Position numbers and translations under genes: made by a program
Notes under the pieces: generated by a model
What the model was told of the DNA's origin: nothing
The model's input: only the letters and a program-made list of their open reading frames with translations
Database searches by the model: none
NCBI GenBank assembly: GCA_963705305.1
Contig: OY970067.1
Span: 1,952,001-2,016,000 of the forward strand
Direction of reading: 5' to 3'
DNA length: 64,000 bases
From: an uncultured Methylomirabilota bacterium
GTDB taxonomy: Bacteria > Methylomirabilota > Methylomirabilia > Methylomirabilales > 2-02-FULL-66-22
Shown: one piece after another, positions 1 to 9,155 of the stretch
Numbering within the stretch: position 1 is the first letter of the stretch
Layout of the letters: each line of letters begins with the position of its first letter

Positions 1-839
1 TGCCGGCAGTAAAGGGCGAGCGGATCTGCTCGATCGCCATGACCGAGCCGGGCGCCGGGTCCGACGCCGCCGGGATCAGCACCCGTGCCAGGAAGAACGG
101 CGCGGGCTGGTCACTCACAGGGCAAAAGCACTTCGTCAGCGACGGGGAGTACTCCGACTTCTTCATCGTTTCCGCCGTGACGGACCCGGACAGCAAGCCA
201 CGAGGGATCTCCCTATTCCTGGTCGACAAATCTGCGCCGGGCCTCACCGTCGGCCGGAATCAGGCCATGATGGGGCTCACGGGGACCAGCCATGTCGAGC
301 TCTTCTTCGACGAGATGAAGCTCGGACCCGAGCACCTCCTGGGGGAGGAGGGACGGGGGATGCGGATCGTGCTGGAGACGCTGGGTCGCGTTCGCCTGGC
401 GCAGGTCGGCGCCCGGGCGGTCGGCAAGGCGACGCACGCCCTGAACCTGATGGTGGAGTATTCCCGCGAACGGAAGCAGTTCGGAAAGCCGATCGGAGAC
501 TTCCAGCTGGTTCAGCAGATGATCGCTGACAGCGTCATCGAGGTGAACGCCGCACGGCTGCTGCTGTACCGTGCGGCCTGGGAGATCGACCAGGGGCGCG
601 ATGCGCGCGACTGGATTTCGATGGTCAAGGTTCACGCCGCCGAGACCATGGGACGGGTGATCGATCGTGCCGTCCAAATCTATGGCGGGATGGGGTTCTG
701 CAAGGAGCTGCCGATCGAGCGCTATTACCGCGACTCGCGCGTGTACCGGATCTTCGACGGCACTTCCGAGATCCACCGCATCCTGGTGTCGCGCGCCGCG
801 TTGAAGCACGGCGACCTGCTCTACGACGTGCGCGTCTAG
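1..839 (+). CDS. Acyl-CoA dehydrogenase (5' end truncated by window edge)
   Basis: Frame open from base 3 (PAVKGERICSIA-MTEPGAGSD); ACAD motifs TEPGAGSD, GQKHFVS, RKQFGKPIGDFQ, YGGMG, IFDGTSEI. Confidence 0.93.
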   Translation, partial: PAVKGERICSIAMTEPGAGSDAAGISTRARKNGAGWSLTGQKHFVSDGEYSDFFIVSAVTDPDSKPRGISLFLVDKSAPGLTVGRNQAMMGLTGTSHVELFFDEMKLGPEHLLGEEGRGMRIVLETLGRVRLAQVGARAVGKATHALNLMVEYSRERKQFGKPIGDFQLVQQMIADSVIEVNAARLLLYRAAWEIDQGRDARDWISMVKVHAAETMGRVIDRAVQIYGGMGFCKELPIERYYRDSRVYRIFDGTSEIHRILVSRAALKHGDLLYDVRV

Positions 840-860
840 CCCGCAAGGCGGGAGACCGGC

Positions 861-1140
861 ATGATCCAGAATAGGCTTACGACCGCGCAGGCGGCGGTGG
901 AACTCATCCGGGACGGCGACACCGTCGGCCTCATCGGCGGCGGCGGGCTCCTTGAGGCGTCCTGCCTTTTTGCCGCCATCGAGCGGCGGTTCCTGAGCAC
1001 AGGGTCCCCCAGGGCACTCACCCTCGTCCACGCGCTCGGCATCGGCGATCGCAAGACGCAGTGTCCTTGGCCACACGGACGTCGGCCCGGCGATACCCTG
1101 CGAGCCGATCATCATGCCGTCGAGCCACTTCACCGCCTGA
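861..1140 (+). pseudogene. Internally deleted acyl-CoA:acetate CoA-transferase (YdiF/Pct family)
   Basis: N-terminus TAQAAVELIRDGDTVG..GGG..LTLVHALGIGD matches the intact paralog at 30621. After codon 67 another frame (1063-1140, VLGHTDVGPAIPCEPIIMPSSHFTA*) lines up with that paralog's C-terminus; its stop lies just before the next RBS. Confidence 0.7.
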
Positions 1141-1153
1141 ACGGAGGCACAGC

Positions 1154-2188
1154 GTGAATCCCACTCGCATCGCCGTCGCCGGCATCGGCAGCATGGGCCG
1201 CAAACATGTCGACCTTCTCCGTGCCGAGCCGCGTTGCGAGCTCGTCGCCGTTGCCGACCCGGCGCCGGAGGCGAAGGAATACGCGGCGCGGATCGGCGTG
1301 CCGTACTATGCGGACTATCGAGAGATGCTGGACCGCACGAAGCCGGAAGGGGCGATCATCGCCTCCCCCACCCCGTTCCACGCGGCGATGGGGATCGCCT
1401 GCGCCGAGCGGCGCATCCACATGCTGATGGAGAAGCCCATCGCCGAGTCGGTCCAGGCTGCACGACAGCTGTCGTCCGCGGCGGAGCGGGCAGGGGTCGC
1501 GCTACTCGTCGGCCACCACCGGCGCCACAACCCCATCATCGAGAAGGCGCGCGAGATCGTCCGGGGCGGATTGCTTGGGAGATTGACTGCGGTGACCGCC
1601 CTCTGGCTCGTGCGGAAGCCGGGCGCGTACTACGAGCTGGCGTGGCGCCGCGAGCCGGGCGGCGGTCCAATGCTCACGAATCTCATCCACGACCTGGACG
1701 ATCTCCGGTACGTCTGCGGGGAGATCGAGAGCGTCCAAGCCTACTGTTCGAGCAGTGTCCGGGGCTTCGCCGTCGAGGACACCGCGGCGCTGAGCTTGCG
1801 ATTCGCCGGGGGGGCGCTCGGCACGGTTATCACATCGGATGCGGTCGCGGCGCCCTGGAGCTGGGAACTGACCTCGGGAGAGAATGCGCTCTTCCCGCAG
1901 CAGCGGGAGAATTGCTACCTGTTCGCCGGGGTCGCCGCGTCGCTCACGGTGCCGAAGCTCGAGCTCTGGCGGTACCCGGGAGAGGAGGGATGGACTGCGC
2001 CGCTCTGCTGTGAGCGGATCGCCGTCGAGCCGGCCGACCCACTCGAGCGGCAGCTCCGTCATTTCTGCCGCGTGATTCGCGGGGAGGAGGCGCCCCGCAT
2101 CACCGGCGCCGACGCGACGCGTACCCTGAGCGTCGTCCTGGCAGCCAAGCGGGCCGCGGAGCTCGGGACCGCCGTGACCCCGGACTGA
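1154..2188 (+). CDS. Gfo/Idh/MocA family NAD(P)-dependent oxidoreductase
   Basis: GGAGG RBS then GTG at 1154; IAVAGIGSMG, MEKPIA, VGHHRRHNP, GGGPMLTNLIHDLD. Confidence 0.92.
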   Translation: MNPTRIAVAGIGSMGRKHVDLLRAEPRCELVAVADPAPEAKEYAARIGVPYYADYREMLDRTKPEGAIIASPTPFHAAMGIACAERRIHMLMEKPIAESVQAARQLSSAAERAGVALLVGHHRRHNPIIEKAREIVRGGLLGRLTAVTALWLVRKPGAYYELAWRREPGGGPMLTNLIHDLDDLRYVCGEIESVQAYCSSSVRGFAVEDTAALSLRFAGGALGTVITSDAVAAPWSWELTSGENALFPQQRENCYLFAGVAASLTVPKLELWRYPGEEGWTAPLCCERIAVEPADPLERQLRHFCRVIRGEEAPRITGADATRTLSVVLAAKRAAELGTAVTPD

Positions 2189-2229
2189 CCGATCGGCGGC
2201 GGATCTGCGGGGCCGAGAAAGAGGCCGAG

Positions 2230-3051
2230 ATGACGAGCCGGTACGTCGTGATCGGCAATCCGATCGCCCAGACCAAGTCCCCCTTTATTTACCGGGAGTT
2301 CGCCCGGCAAAGCGGGCAGGCCATGAGCTACGAGGCCATCCAGGCCCCCCTCGACGGATTCGCGGCGGTTCTGGCAGCGTTTCGTGCGGAAGGCGGGAAG
2401 GGCATCAACGTGGCCATGCCGTTCAAGATCGAGGCCTTCGCGCTGGCGACCGAGCTCACCGAACGGGCACAGCTCGCGGGCGCTGTCAACGTGATGCGAC
2501 TCGACGGCGAGCGAATCTTCGCGGACAACACCGACGGGGTCGGGCTGGTCCGCGACATCCGGGTCAATCTGAGGGGTGTGTTCCGCCGCGCACGCGTGCT
2601 TCTGCTGGGGGCAGGCGGCGCCGCCCACGGCGTAGCCCTGCCCATTCTCGAGGAGCGGCCCGCGCTCCTCGCCATCGCGAATCGCACCCCCGCCAAGGCC
2701 CGCGCGCTCGGCGCGCAGGTCTCGGGACGCGGCAACGTCGTGGCGGGAGGATACACCGAGGTCGCGGATGAGCCCTTCGATCTCGTCATCAACGCCACCC
2801 CGCCGAGCCCCAGCGGCGAGCCTCCCAGGGTCCCTGCCGCCGCGTTCAGGCGATGCGGCCTGGCCTACGACGTGGTGTACGGGAGAGGCCTCACTCCATT
2901 CCTGCGATTCGCCCGCGAGTCCGGTGCAGCCCGTGTGGCTGACGGCACCGGCATGCTGCTGGAGCAGGCCGCCGAGAATTTCTTCATCTGGCGGGGAATC
3001 CGCCCAGAGACGCAGGCACTGATCCGAAAGATTTCCGTGCCGCTCGTCTGA
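2230..3051 (+). CDS. aroE: Shikimate dehydrogenase family protein
   Basis: GNPIAQTKSP, GINVAMPFK, GAVNV, NTDG, GAGGAA, ANRT, YDVVY, DGTGMLLEQA. Confidence 0.85.
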   Translation: MTSRYVVIGNPIAQTKSPFIYREFARQSGQAMSYEAIQAPLDGFAAVLAAFRAEGGKGINVAMPFKIEAFALATELTERAQLAGAVNVMRLDGERIFADNTDGVGLVRDIRVNLRGVFRRARVLLLGAGGAAHGVALPILEERPALLAIANRTPAKARALGAQVSGRGNVVAGGYTEVADEPFDLVINATPPSPSGEPPRVPAAAFRRCGLAYDVVYGRGLTPFLRFARESGAARVADGTGMLLEQAAENFFIWRGIRPETQALIRKISVPLV

Positions 3052-3080
3052 ACCCTCTGGGAAGGAAAGGGGACTCGATC

Positions 3081-5138
3081 GTGGATCTCGGACAGGCAAC
3101 GCGGCCGATCATGTGGAACGTCCACGCCCCCTGGGTGATGTACGTCCTGTTCGGCGTGGCGCTGGCGATCTTCACCGCTGGCGTATACCGACGGGTCTCA
3201 GCGTGGCGGCGGGGGAAGGCGGATGAGGAGCGGCTCGGTGATTGGGGGAGGCGGCTCGCAATCTTGATCAAGGAGGTGCTTTTCCAGAGGCGGGTTCGCG
3301 ACGTGGCGCTGCCGGGCTGGTTCCACAGCCTCATCTTCTATTCCTTCCTCGTCCTCCTCGTCACCACATCGGTCGTGGCGCTGGACTACGACTTCGGGGC
3401 GCACTTCTTCAGGGGCTGGCTCTACGTGCTCCTCACCTTGGGCTGCGATGTCGGCGGGGCGCTGATCCTGGCCGGGGTGGTCATCGCCGGCCTGCGTCGG
3501 TATGTCCTCAAGCCGAAAACCATCGAGACGACGCTGGGGGACTCGTGGGCGCTGCTGCTCGTCGCGCTGCTGGTCCTGACGGGCTTCGCGGTCGCAGCGC
3601 TTCGCATCGCCGTGCTCGGCAGCCGCTGGGCGTACGTGTCCCCAGTTGCTTGGGCTCTGAGTGGGGCCTTCACCGGGATCTCACGCGAAACCCTCCGCCC
3701 CATTCACGCATGGATGTGGTGGTTGCACACCGCGCTGGCCATGACCTGGATTGCGACCATCCCGTTTACGAAGTTCTTTCACCTGCTGGCCCTGCCCACC
3801 AACGTGTTCTTCTCCAAGCTCGGGCCCCGCGGTGAACTGAAGCGCGTCGACATCGAAGCCCTCATGGCCGCCGATGATTTCGACGAGGCGGCTTTCAGTC
3901 TGGGCATTGCCAGGGCGGGCGACTTCACCTGGAAGCAGCGGCTGGACTTCGATGTGTGCATTTCGTGCGGGCGATGCGAGGAGGTGTGTCCGTCCTTCCA
4001 GGCGGGAGAGCCGTTCTCGCCCAAGCGGTTCGTCCAGGCGGGCCGCGAGCTGTCGGGCGACCGAGGCGGACGTGGAGGAGGCAGCGGCGAGGATCTACTG
4101 GTCGGGGGTCTGCTGGAGGAGCGGTTTATCTGGTTTTGCCGGACGTGCAGCGCGTGCGTGGAGGTGTGTCCCGCCGCAATCGACCACGTGGACACGATGG
4201 TGGAGGTGCGCCGGAACGAGCTGATGATGCAGGCCCGGCTGCCCGTCGAGGCTTCGCGCGCGTTGAAGCTGATGGAGTCGCAGGGCAACCCCTTCGGGAA
4301 CCGGAACCTCCGCAGCCAGTGGATCCAGCAGATGAAGGTGCCGGTAGTGCCATCCGGCGGAGATGTCGACGTGCTCTACTGGGTCGGCTGCCTCAGCACA
4401 TTCGACCAGTCGAAGCAGAAGATCGCGGCCGACGTGTTCAAGCTGCTGGAGCGATCGGGGCTCAGCTACGGCGTCCTGGGCGCCGACGAGACCTGCTGCG
4501 GGGATCCCGCCAGGGTGCTGGGCGACGAGCGACTGTTCCAGGAGAACGCCAAGGGGCAGGTCGCGGCCCTCCATGGCCGGACCTTCCGCACGCTGTTGGT
4601 GAGCTGCCCGCACTGCTTCAACGTCCTGGCGAACGAGTATCCGCAATTCGGAGCGAAGCTGAGGGTCGTCCACCACTCCCAGCTCCTCCAGGAGTTGGTG
4701 TCGCGCGGTGTGATCCGGCCCTCCCTGCCCAGCAGCGAGAAGATCGTCTACCACGACCCCTGTTACCTGGGCAGGTACCAGGGAATCTACGATGGCCCGA
4801 GGAAGCTGCTCGAGGCCATTCCGGGCGCCGCCGTGACTGAGATGGCCAGCTGCAAAGAGCGCAGCTTCTGCTGCGGCGGCGGTGGTGGACATTTCTGGAT
4901 GGACCTCAGAGCCGATGGTGCAGAGCGGGTCAACAATCTGCGCGTCGACCAGGCCCGCGAGGCTGGCGCAGCGGTCATCGCGACAGGTTGTCCCTACTGC
5001 CACCAGATGCTTGATGACTCGATAAAGCTTCGCGATCTGGACAAGCGGATGCGGGTGTTGGACATCGCCACGCTATTGCTTGACAGCGTTGAGGGGCGGA
5101 GGCCGACCGCCAGCCAGGACGGGGGTCTGCGACGCTGA
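3081..5138 (+). CDS. Membrane Fe-S oxidoreductase, FadF/HdrF-like (TM cytochrome b-like + 2x[4Fe-4S] + two CCG domains)
   Basis: N-terminal TM helices with His; CISCGRCEEVCP and CRTCSACVEVCP; CCG motifs ETCCG, SCPHC, YHDPCYLGR, FCCGGGGG, GCPYC. Confidence 0.9.
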   Translation: MDLGQATRPIMWNVHAPWVMYVLFGVALAIFTAGVYRRVSAWRRGKADEERLGDWGRRLAILIKEVLFQRRVRDVALPGWFHSLIFYSFLVLLVTTSVVALDYDFGAHFFRGWLYVLLTLGCDVGGALILAGVVIAGLRRYVLKPKTIETTLGDSWALLLVALLVLTGFAVAALRIAVLGSRWAYVSPVAWALSGAFTGISRETLRPIHAWMWWLHTALAMTWIATIPFTKFFHLLALPTNVFFSKLGPRGELKRVDIEALMAADDFDEAAFSLGIARAGDFTWKQRLDFDVCISCGRCEEVCPSFQAGEPFSPKRFVQAGRELSGDRGGRGGGSGEDLLVGGLLEERFIWFCRTCSACVEVCPAAIDHVDTMVEVRRNELMMQARLPVEASRALKLMESQGNPFGNRNLRSQWIQQMKVPVVPSGGDVDVLYWVGCLSTFDQSKQKIAADVFKLLERSGLSYGVLGADETCCGDPARVLGDERLFQENAKGQVAALHGRTFRTLLVSCPHCFNVLANEYPQFGAKLRVVHHSQLLQELVSRGVIRPSLPSSEKIVYHDPCYLGRYQGIYDGPRKLLEAIPGAAVTEMASCKERSFCCGGGGGHFWMDLRADGAERVNNLRVDQAREAGAAVIATGCPYCHQMLDDSIKLRDLDKRMRVLDIATLLLDSVEGRRPTASQDGGLRR

Positions 5139-5353
5139 CGATGCATCCTTACCCTCGCGTTGGGTGCCGGTTCGGTCTATAGCTCCTCCACTGCGCAAGG
5201 ATCCGAGCGGCCTCATGAACCGCCCATACGTTCGATGTCACGTGGCCGCGATGTATGCCGATACGACGAAGGCCTCGGACCAGACCGTGCGCAGAACGCG
5301 GGAATCCTCCCGCGCGATTGCTGCGCCTTGTCTTGCTGCGACTTACATTTCTC

Positions 5354-5403
5354 TTGACATTGGTTTTGTCAGGACTATTCTTTCTCTATAGAAGGAGTAT
5401 AAT
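5354..5403 (+). promoter_or_regulatory. Putative sigma70 promoter and operator of the GntR operon
   Basis: AT-rich patch: TTGACA 5354-5359, TATTCT 5376-5381, a further TATAAT 5398-5403; inverted repeat TGACA-N7-TGTCA 5355-5371 overlaps the -35. Confidence 0.55.
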
Positions 5404-5427
5404 GAAAATATAGTGAGGGGGGCGGCA

Positions 5428-6078
5428 ATGGCGATCGGGTCGAAAAGCAAGAAAGCCATCGTGTACGAAACACTGAAGAAGCGGATCGTTACCCACTCCT
5501 TGAAGCCCGGCGAGCCGATCAATGAGGTTCTCCTGGCCAGGGAACTGAAAACGAGCACGACGCCGTTGCGGGAGGCCCTGCAGCAACTGCAGAAGGAGGG
5601 CTTTGTCGAGAACTTCCCGGGACGAGGCTCATTCGTGTCCAGAATCTCCACGCAGGATGTCAGGGAGCTGTTCGAGATGCGGGAGATGCTGGAATGCGAG
5701 GTGATCAGGAGAGTGGTCTCCCAGGGCCTCGTGCGCGAGCAGAGGGCCCTGGCCATTCGCAAGGAGTTTGAATCGTCCGAGGGCAAGAGCCGCCCCACTT
5801 CGCGAAACTACTTCACGCCGGGCGACCAGATCCACCTGTTTGTTTTCGAATGTCTGGGGAACAGACGCCTGCTTGAGTACTACCGCAGCCTCCAGGAGCA
5901 CATCGAGCGCATGCGCCTCTATTTCTTCAGCAACTTCCACGAAGAACGGGCCGAGCACTCGTTCAAAGAGCACCTGGAGATCCTCGATGCGCTGCTCGCT
6001 CACGACGCCGATCGCGCCGAGCGCGCGGTGCGCACGCACCTGGAAAACGCCATGGACTACTTGAAGCGAATGACGTAG
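5428..6078 (+). CDS. GntR family transcriptional regulator (FCD domain)
   Basis: wHTH LKPGEPINE..LA..STTPLREAL..PGRGSFV; FCD tail EHLEILDAL..AVRTHLE. Confidence 0.93.
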   Translation: MAIGSKSKKAIVYETLKKRIVTHSLKPGEPINEVLLARELKTSTTPLREALQQLQKEGFVENFPGRGSFVSRISTQDVRELFEMREMLECEVIRRVVSQGLVREQRALAIRKEFESSEGKSRPTSRNYFTPGDQIHLFVFECLGNRRLLEYYRSLQEHIERMRLYFFSNFHEERAEHSFKEHLEILDALLAHDADRAERAVRTHLENAMDYLKRMT

Positions 6079-6099
6079 GGCGAGCCGGAGGAGTGAGAC

Positions 6100-6771
6100 A
6101 TGATCCATGTAATCAGCAAGATCGAACGACCGAAGAAATCCGTGATCGACCAGTTTCGAGAGGTCGGGGCCGCAACCGTCCACGAGGCATCCGGCCGGAA
6201 AGGGGCCGTCGATCCAGCCATCAAGCCCATTGCCAGAGGGGTCCGGCTCTGCGGCTCCGCCTTCACCGTCCAGTGCCACCCCGGGGACAACCTGATGCTA
6301 CACAAGGCTCTGGAGCGCGCCCAGCCGGGCGATGTCCTGGTGGCGACCGTCGGGGGCTGCTACGAAGGCGGATACTGGGGCGGACTGATGGGGACCTCGG
6401 GCCAGGCCAGGGGCCTGGGGGGGCTGGCCATCGACGGATGCGTCCGCGACTCCGCCGAGCTCATCCAGATGGGACTCCCGATCTTCTGCCGGGGGTTTTC
6501 CATCCGGGGCACGGTGAAGAGTGTTCTGGGCCTGATCAATCACCCGACGGTCTTCGGGGGGATCATGGTTCAGCCGGGGGACCTGATCCTGGGAGATGAC
6601 GACGGACTCGTCGTGGTCGAGCGGGCGGAGTGCGAGAGGGTCCTGGAGAAGTCGCTCGAGCGGAAGCGCGCCGAAGAGAAGAAAGCCGAGCAGTTGCGGG
6701 CGGGCATCTCGAGCGTCGAGCTGAACAAGCTCGGCAAGGTGTTCGAGACGCTCGGGCTTGTCGAGGAGTGA
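6100..6771 (+). CDS. 4-carboxy-4-hydroxy-2-oxoadipate / HMG aldolase (LigK/ProA-like, RraA family)
   Basis: AATVHEA, AFTVQCHPGDNLMLH, YWGGLM, IDGCVRD, PGDLILGDDDGLVVV, plus the C-terminal helix of the long LigK type. Confidence 0.85.
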   Translation: MIHVISKIERPKKSVIDQFREVGAATVHEASGRKGAVDPAIKPIARGVRLCGSAFTVQCHPGDNLMLHKALERAQPGDVLVATVGGCYEGGYWGGLMGTSGQARGLGGLAIDGCVRDSAELIQMGLPIFCRGFSIRGTVKSVLGLINHPTVFGGIMVQPGDLILGDDDGLVVVERAECERVLEKSLERKRAEEKKAEQLRAGISSVELNKLGKVFETLGLVEE

Positions 6772-6774
6772 GCC

Positions 6775-7812
6775 ATGCCTACTGTCACCGAGGCGCAACT
6801 GAAGGCAGCCGTCAGTCAGGTGCTCACGGGGTATGGCGCAGCCGAGGATGAGGCTCGGCTGGCCGCGGAGAGCATGGTGCAGGCCGAGATGCGGGGAACG
6901 GACACGCACGGGCTGCCCTACCTCAAGCTCTTGATCGAGCGCATCGAGGCCCGGATGGTGGCGGTCCCGACGCAGGTCACCATCGTCCGACAGGACCGAG
7001 CCACGGGCCTCCTCGACGGGGGCAACGGGATCGGGCAGGTGGCCGGATCGAAGGCCATGGAGCTGAGCGCCCAGAAGGCGCGGGAGTTCGGAATCGGCCT
7101 CACCCTCGTCCGCAACACCAACAACATCGGCTTCCTGGCGTTCTATACCCTCCGCGCGGCGGGGCAGGGGCTCGTGGGAGTGGCGATGGGCAACGCCAAC
7201 GCCGCCATCTCTCCCTGGGGGGGTGCCGAGCCGTTTTTCGGTACCAATCCCCTTTCCATCGCGGTGCCCGGCGACGACGAGCCGCTGGTCCTGGATATGT
7301 CCTCGAGCCTGGTGGCGCGGGGCAAGATCCGCAAGGCGCAGCGGCTGGGGGAGAAGATCCCACTGGGATGGGCGCATGACGAGTTCGGCGTGCCGACGGA
7401 GGACCCGGGGGCTGCGCTCAAGGGGACACTCGTGCCCATCGGCGGGCCGAAAGGGTACGGCCTGGCGCTGATGGTGGACGTCCTCGCCGGGATGCTGTCG
7501 GGGGCCGCGTTCGGGCCGGATATCAAGAGCTTCCATCAGCTCATGGGGCCGACCCGTGTCGGGGTGTTGATGCTGGCGATCGATGTGGAGCGGTTTATGC
7601 CCCTGGCCCAATTCCGGGGCCTCCTGAAGGGGTACGTCGGTTCGATCCGCAGCAGCCGGAAGGCGAAAGGTACGTCCCGCATCTATCTCCCCGGGGAGAT
7701 CGAGTCGGAGAAGGAGAAGACGAGCCGGGCGCATGGCATCCGGCTGAGCGACCCCTCCGTCGAGATGTTGAACCAGCTCCTGGAGAAGGCGAAGAGTTCC
7801 CTGCGCTTCTGA
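6775..7812 (+). CDS. Ldh_2 family (malate/L-lactate/ureidoglycolate-type) 2-hydroxyacid dehydrogenase
   Basis: RGTDTHG, DGGNGIGQ, GTNPLSIAVP, LDMSSS, GGPKGYGLA, YLPGE. Confidence 0.92.
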   Translation: MPTVTEAQLKAAVSQVLTGYGAAEDEARLAAESMVQAEMRGTDTHGLPYLKLLIERIEARMVAVPTQVTIVRQDRATGLLDGGNGIGQVAGSKAMELSAQKAREFGIGLTLVRNTNNIGFLAFYTLRAAGQGLVGVAMGNANAAISPWGGAEPFFGTNPLSIAVPGDDEPLVLDMSSSLVARGKIRKAQRLGEKIPLGWAHDEFGVPTEDPGAALKGTLVPIGGPKGYGLALMVDVLAGMLSGAAFGPDIKSFHQLMGPTRVGVLMLAIDVERFMPLAQFRGLLKGYVGSIRSSRKAKGTSRIYLPGEIESEKEKTSRAHGIRLSDPSVEMLNQLLEKAKSSLRF

Positions 7813-7873
7813 GCGAGGACTGTCGTCGGTGTTGAGGAAGATGGCCGCCGTGGGGAGGGCGAAGGAGGATAGC

Positions 7874-8620
7874 ATGAACGAGCTGAAGGATCAGGTCGTG
7901 GCCGTGACGGGTTCGGGGAAGGGGCTGGGAAAGGGGATCGCCGAGCGGTGTTATGCCGAAGGGGCCATGGTCGTCACCTGGGATCGGTCCGGCCTGGCGA
8001 AGGGCGTGGCGGATACGCTGGATCCCTCCGGCAAGCGAACGCTCTACGTCCGGGCGGATGTGCGAGAGGAGAACCAAGTGGCGCAGGCCTTCGCCGAGAT
8101 CATGAAGAAGTTCGGGCGGGTGGACGTGCTCGTCAACAACGCTGGCATCTCGCGCCACAAGCCCATCGAAGAGATGAGCGTGGATCTCTTCGAAGAGGTG
8201 ATGAACACGAACACGACGGGCGTCTTTATCTGCTGCAAGGCCGCGACCCCCATCATGAAGAAGCAGGGGCGGGGCAAGATCGTCAACATCGCGTCCCTGG
8301 GAGGGCGCACCGGCCGGCCCGGCGTAGGGGTGAATTACGCGGCCTCCAAGGCCGCCGTGATCGCCATCACACAGACCCTGGCCCGGGAGCTGGGGCCGTC
8401 GGGGATCTACATGAACGCCATCGCCCCCGGTCCGATCCTGACAGAGCAAACCCGCCAATACCCCCCGGAGGTGTTTGCCAAGTGGAATGCCGGCCGGGCA
8501 GTCCAGAAGGACGGCCTGCCCGAGGACGTGGCCGACGCGGTCCTCTTCCTCGCCTCGAATCGGTCGGACTGGGTGACGGGGGTGACGCTGGATCTCAACG
8601 GCGGGATCCTCATCCGGTAG
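7874..8620 (+). CDS. Short-chain dehydrogenase/reductase
   Basis: TGSGKGLG, NNAG, YAASK; AAGGAGG RBS. Confidence 0.93.
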   Translation: MNELKDQVVAVTGSGKGLGKGIAERCYAEGAMVVTWDRSGLAKGVADTLDPSGKRTLYVRADVREENQVAQAFAEIMKKFGRVDVLVNNAGISRHKPIEEMSVDLFEEVMNTNTTGVFICCKAATPIMKKQGRGKIVNIASLGGRTGRPGVGVNYAASKAAVIAITQTLARELGPSGIYMNAIAPGPILTEQTRQYPPEVFAKWNAGRAVQKDGLPEDVADAVLFLASNRSDWVTGVTLDLNGGILIR

Positions 8621-8695
8621 TCGTGAAATCGTGTGGGGCCGGCGCCGATCCTGTCGGCGGCGCCGGCGCGGCACCCTGCAAGAAAAGGAGGCGCG

Positions 8696-9055
8696 ATGTC
8701 CGAGCTGAAAGTCGTCAACATCAAGGATGTCCCTGGAGAGCGGCGGGATCCACCCCGGACGTCATGGATTCTCGTCTCGGAAAAGACCGTTGGCGCGCAA
8801 AATCTGGCGATGGGCGTCAACGAGACCGAGCCGGGGAGCATGGTGCCGGCGCACAAGCACGAGAAGGAAGAGGAGGTCATGTTCTTCCTGCAGGGGACCG
8901 GAAAGTTCGTCACCGAGGACCGGGAGATTCCGATCGGGCCGGGGATCGTGATCTATAACCCGCCGGGGAAGACGCACAAGATCCTGAACACGGGAAGCGA
9001 GGTCCTTCGGTTCGTCTGGATCTACGCGCCCCAGCTGGCAAGCCACCGCAAGTAA
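8696..9055 (+). CDS. Cupin domain protein
   Basis: PAHKHEKEEEVMFFLQG and PPGKTHKILNTG cupin motifs; AAGGAGG RBS. Confidence 0.9.
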   Translation: MSELKVVNIKDVPGERRDPPRTSWILVSEKTVGAQNLAMGVNETEPGSMVPAHKHEKEEEVMFFLQGTGKFVTEDREIPIGPGIVIYNPPGKTHKILNTGSEVLRFVWIYAPQLASHRK

Positions 9056-9079
9056 CGAGGGGCAAAACTCAACCCGAAG

Positions 9080-9130
9080 TTCGTCTGGATCTATGCGCCG
9101 CAGTTGCCGCGGCATCGAGTGCAGACATGA
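9080..9130 (+). repeat. Diverged duplicate of the cupin 3' end (remnant)
   Basis: FVWIYAPQLPRHRVQT* vs FVWIYAPQLASHRK* at 9011; offset 69 nt, same frame, synonymous changes. Confidence 0.75.
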
Positions 9131-9155
9131 CATCGAGAAGGAGGTAAGGGACGCC

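Noticed and set aside
5216..5290. MNRPYVRCHV as a RibD-like N-terminal stub
   Set aside because: Match too short and no clear RBS.
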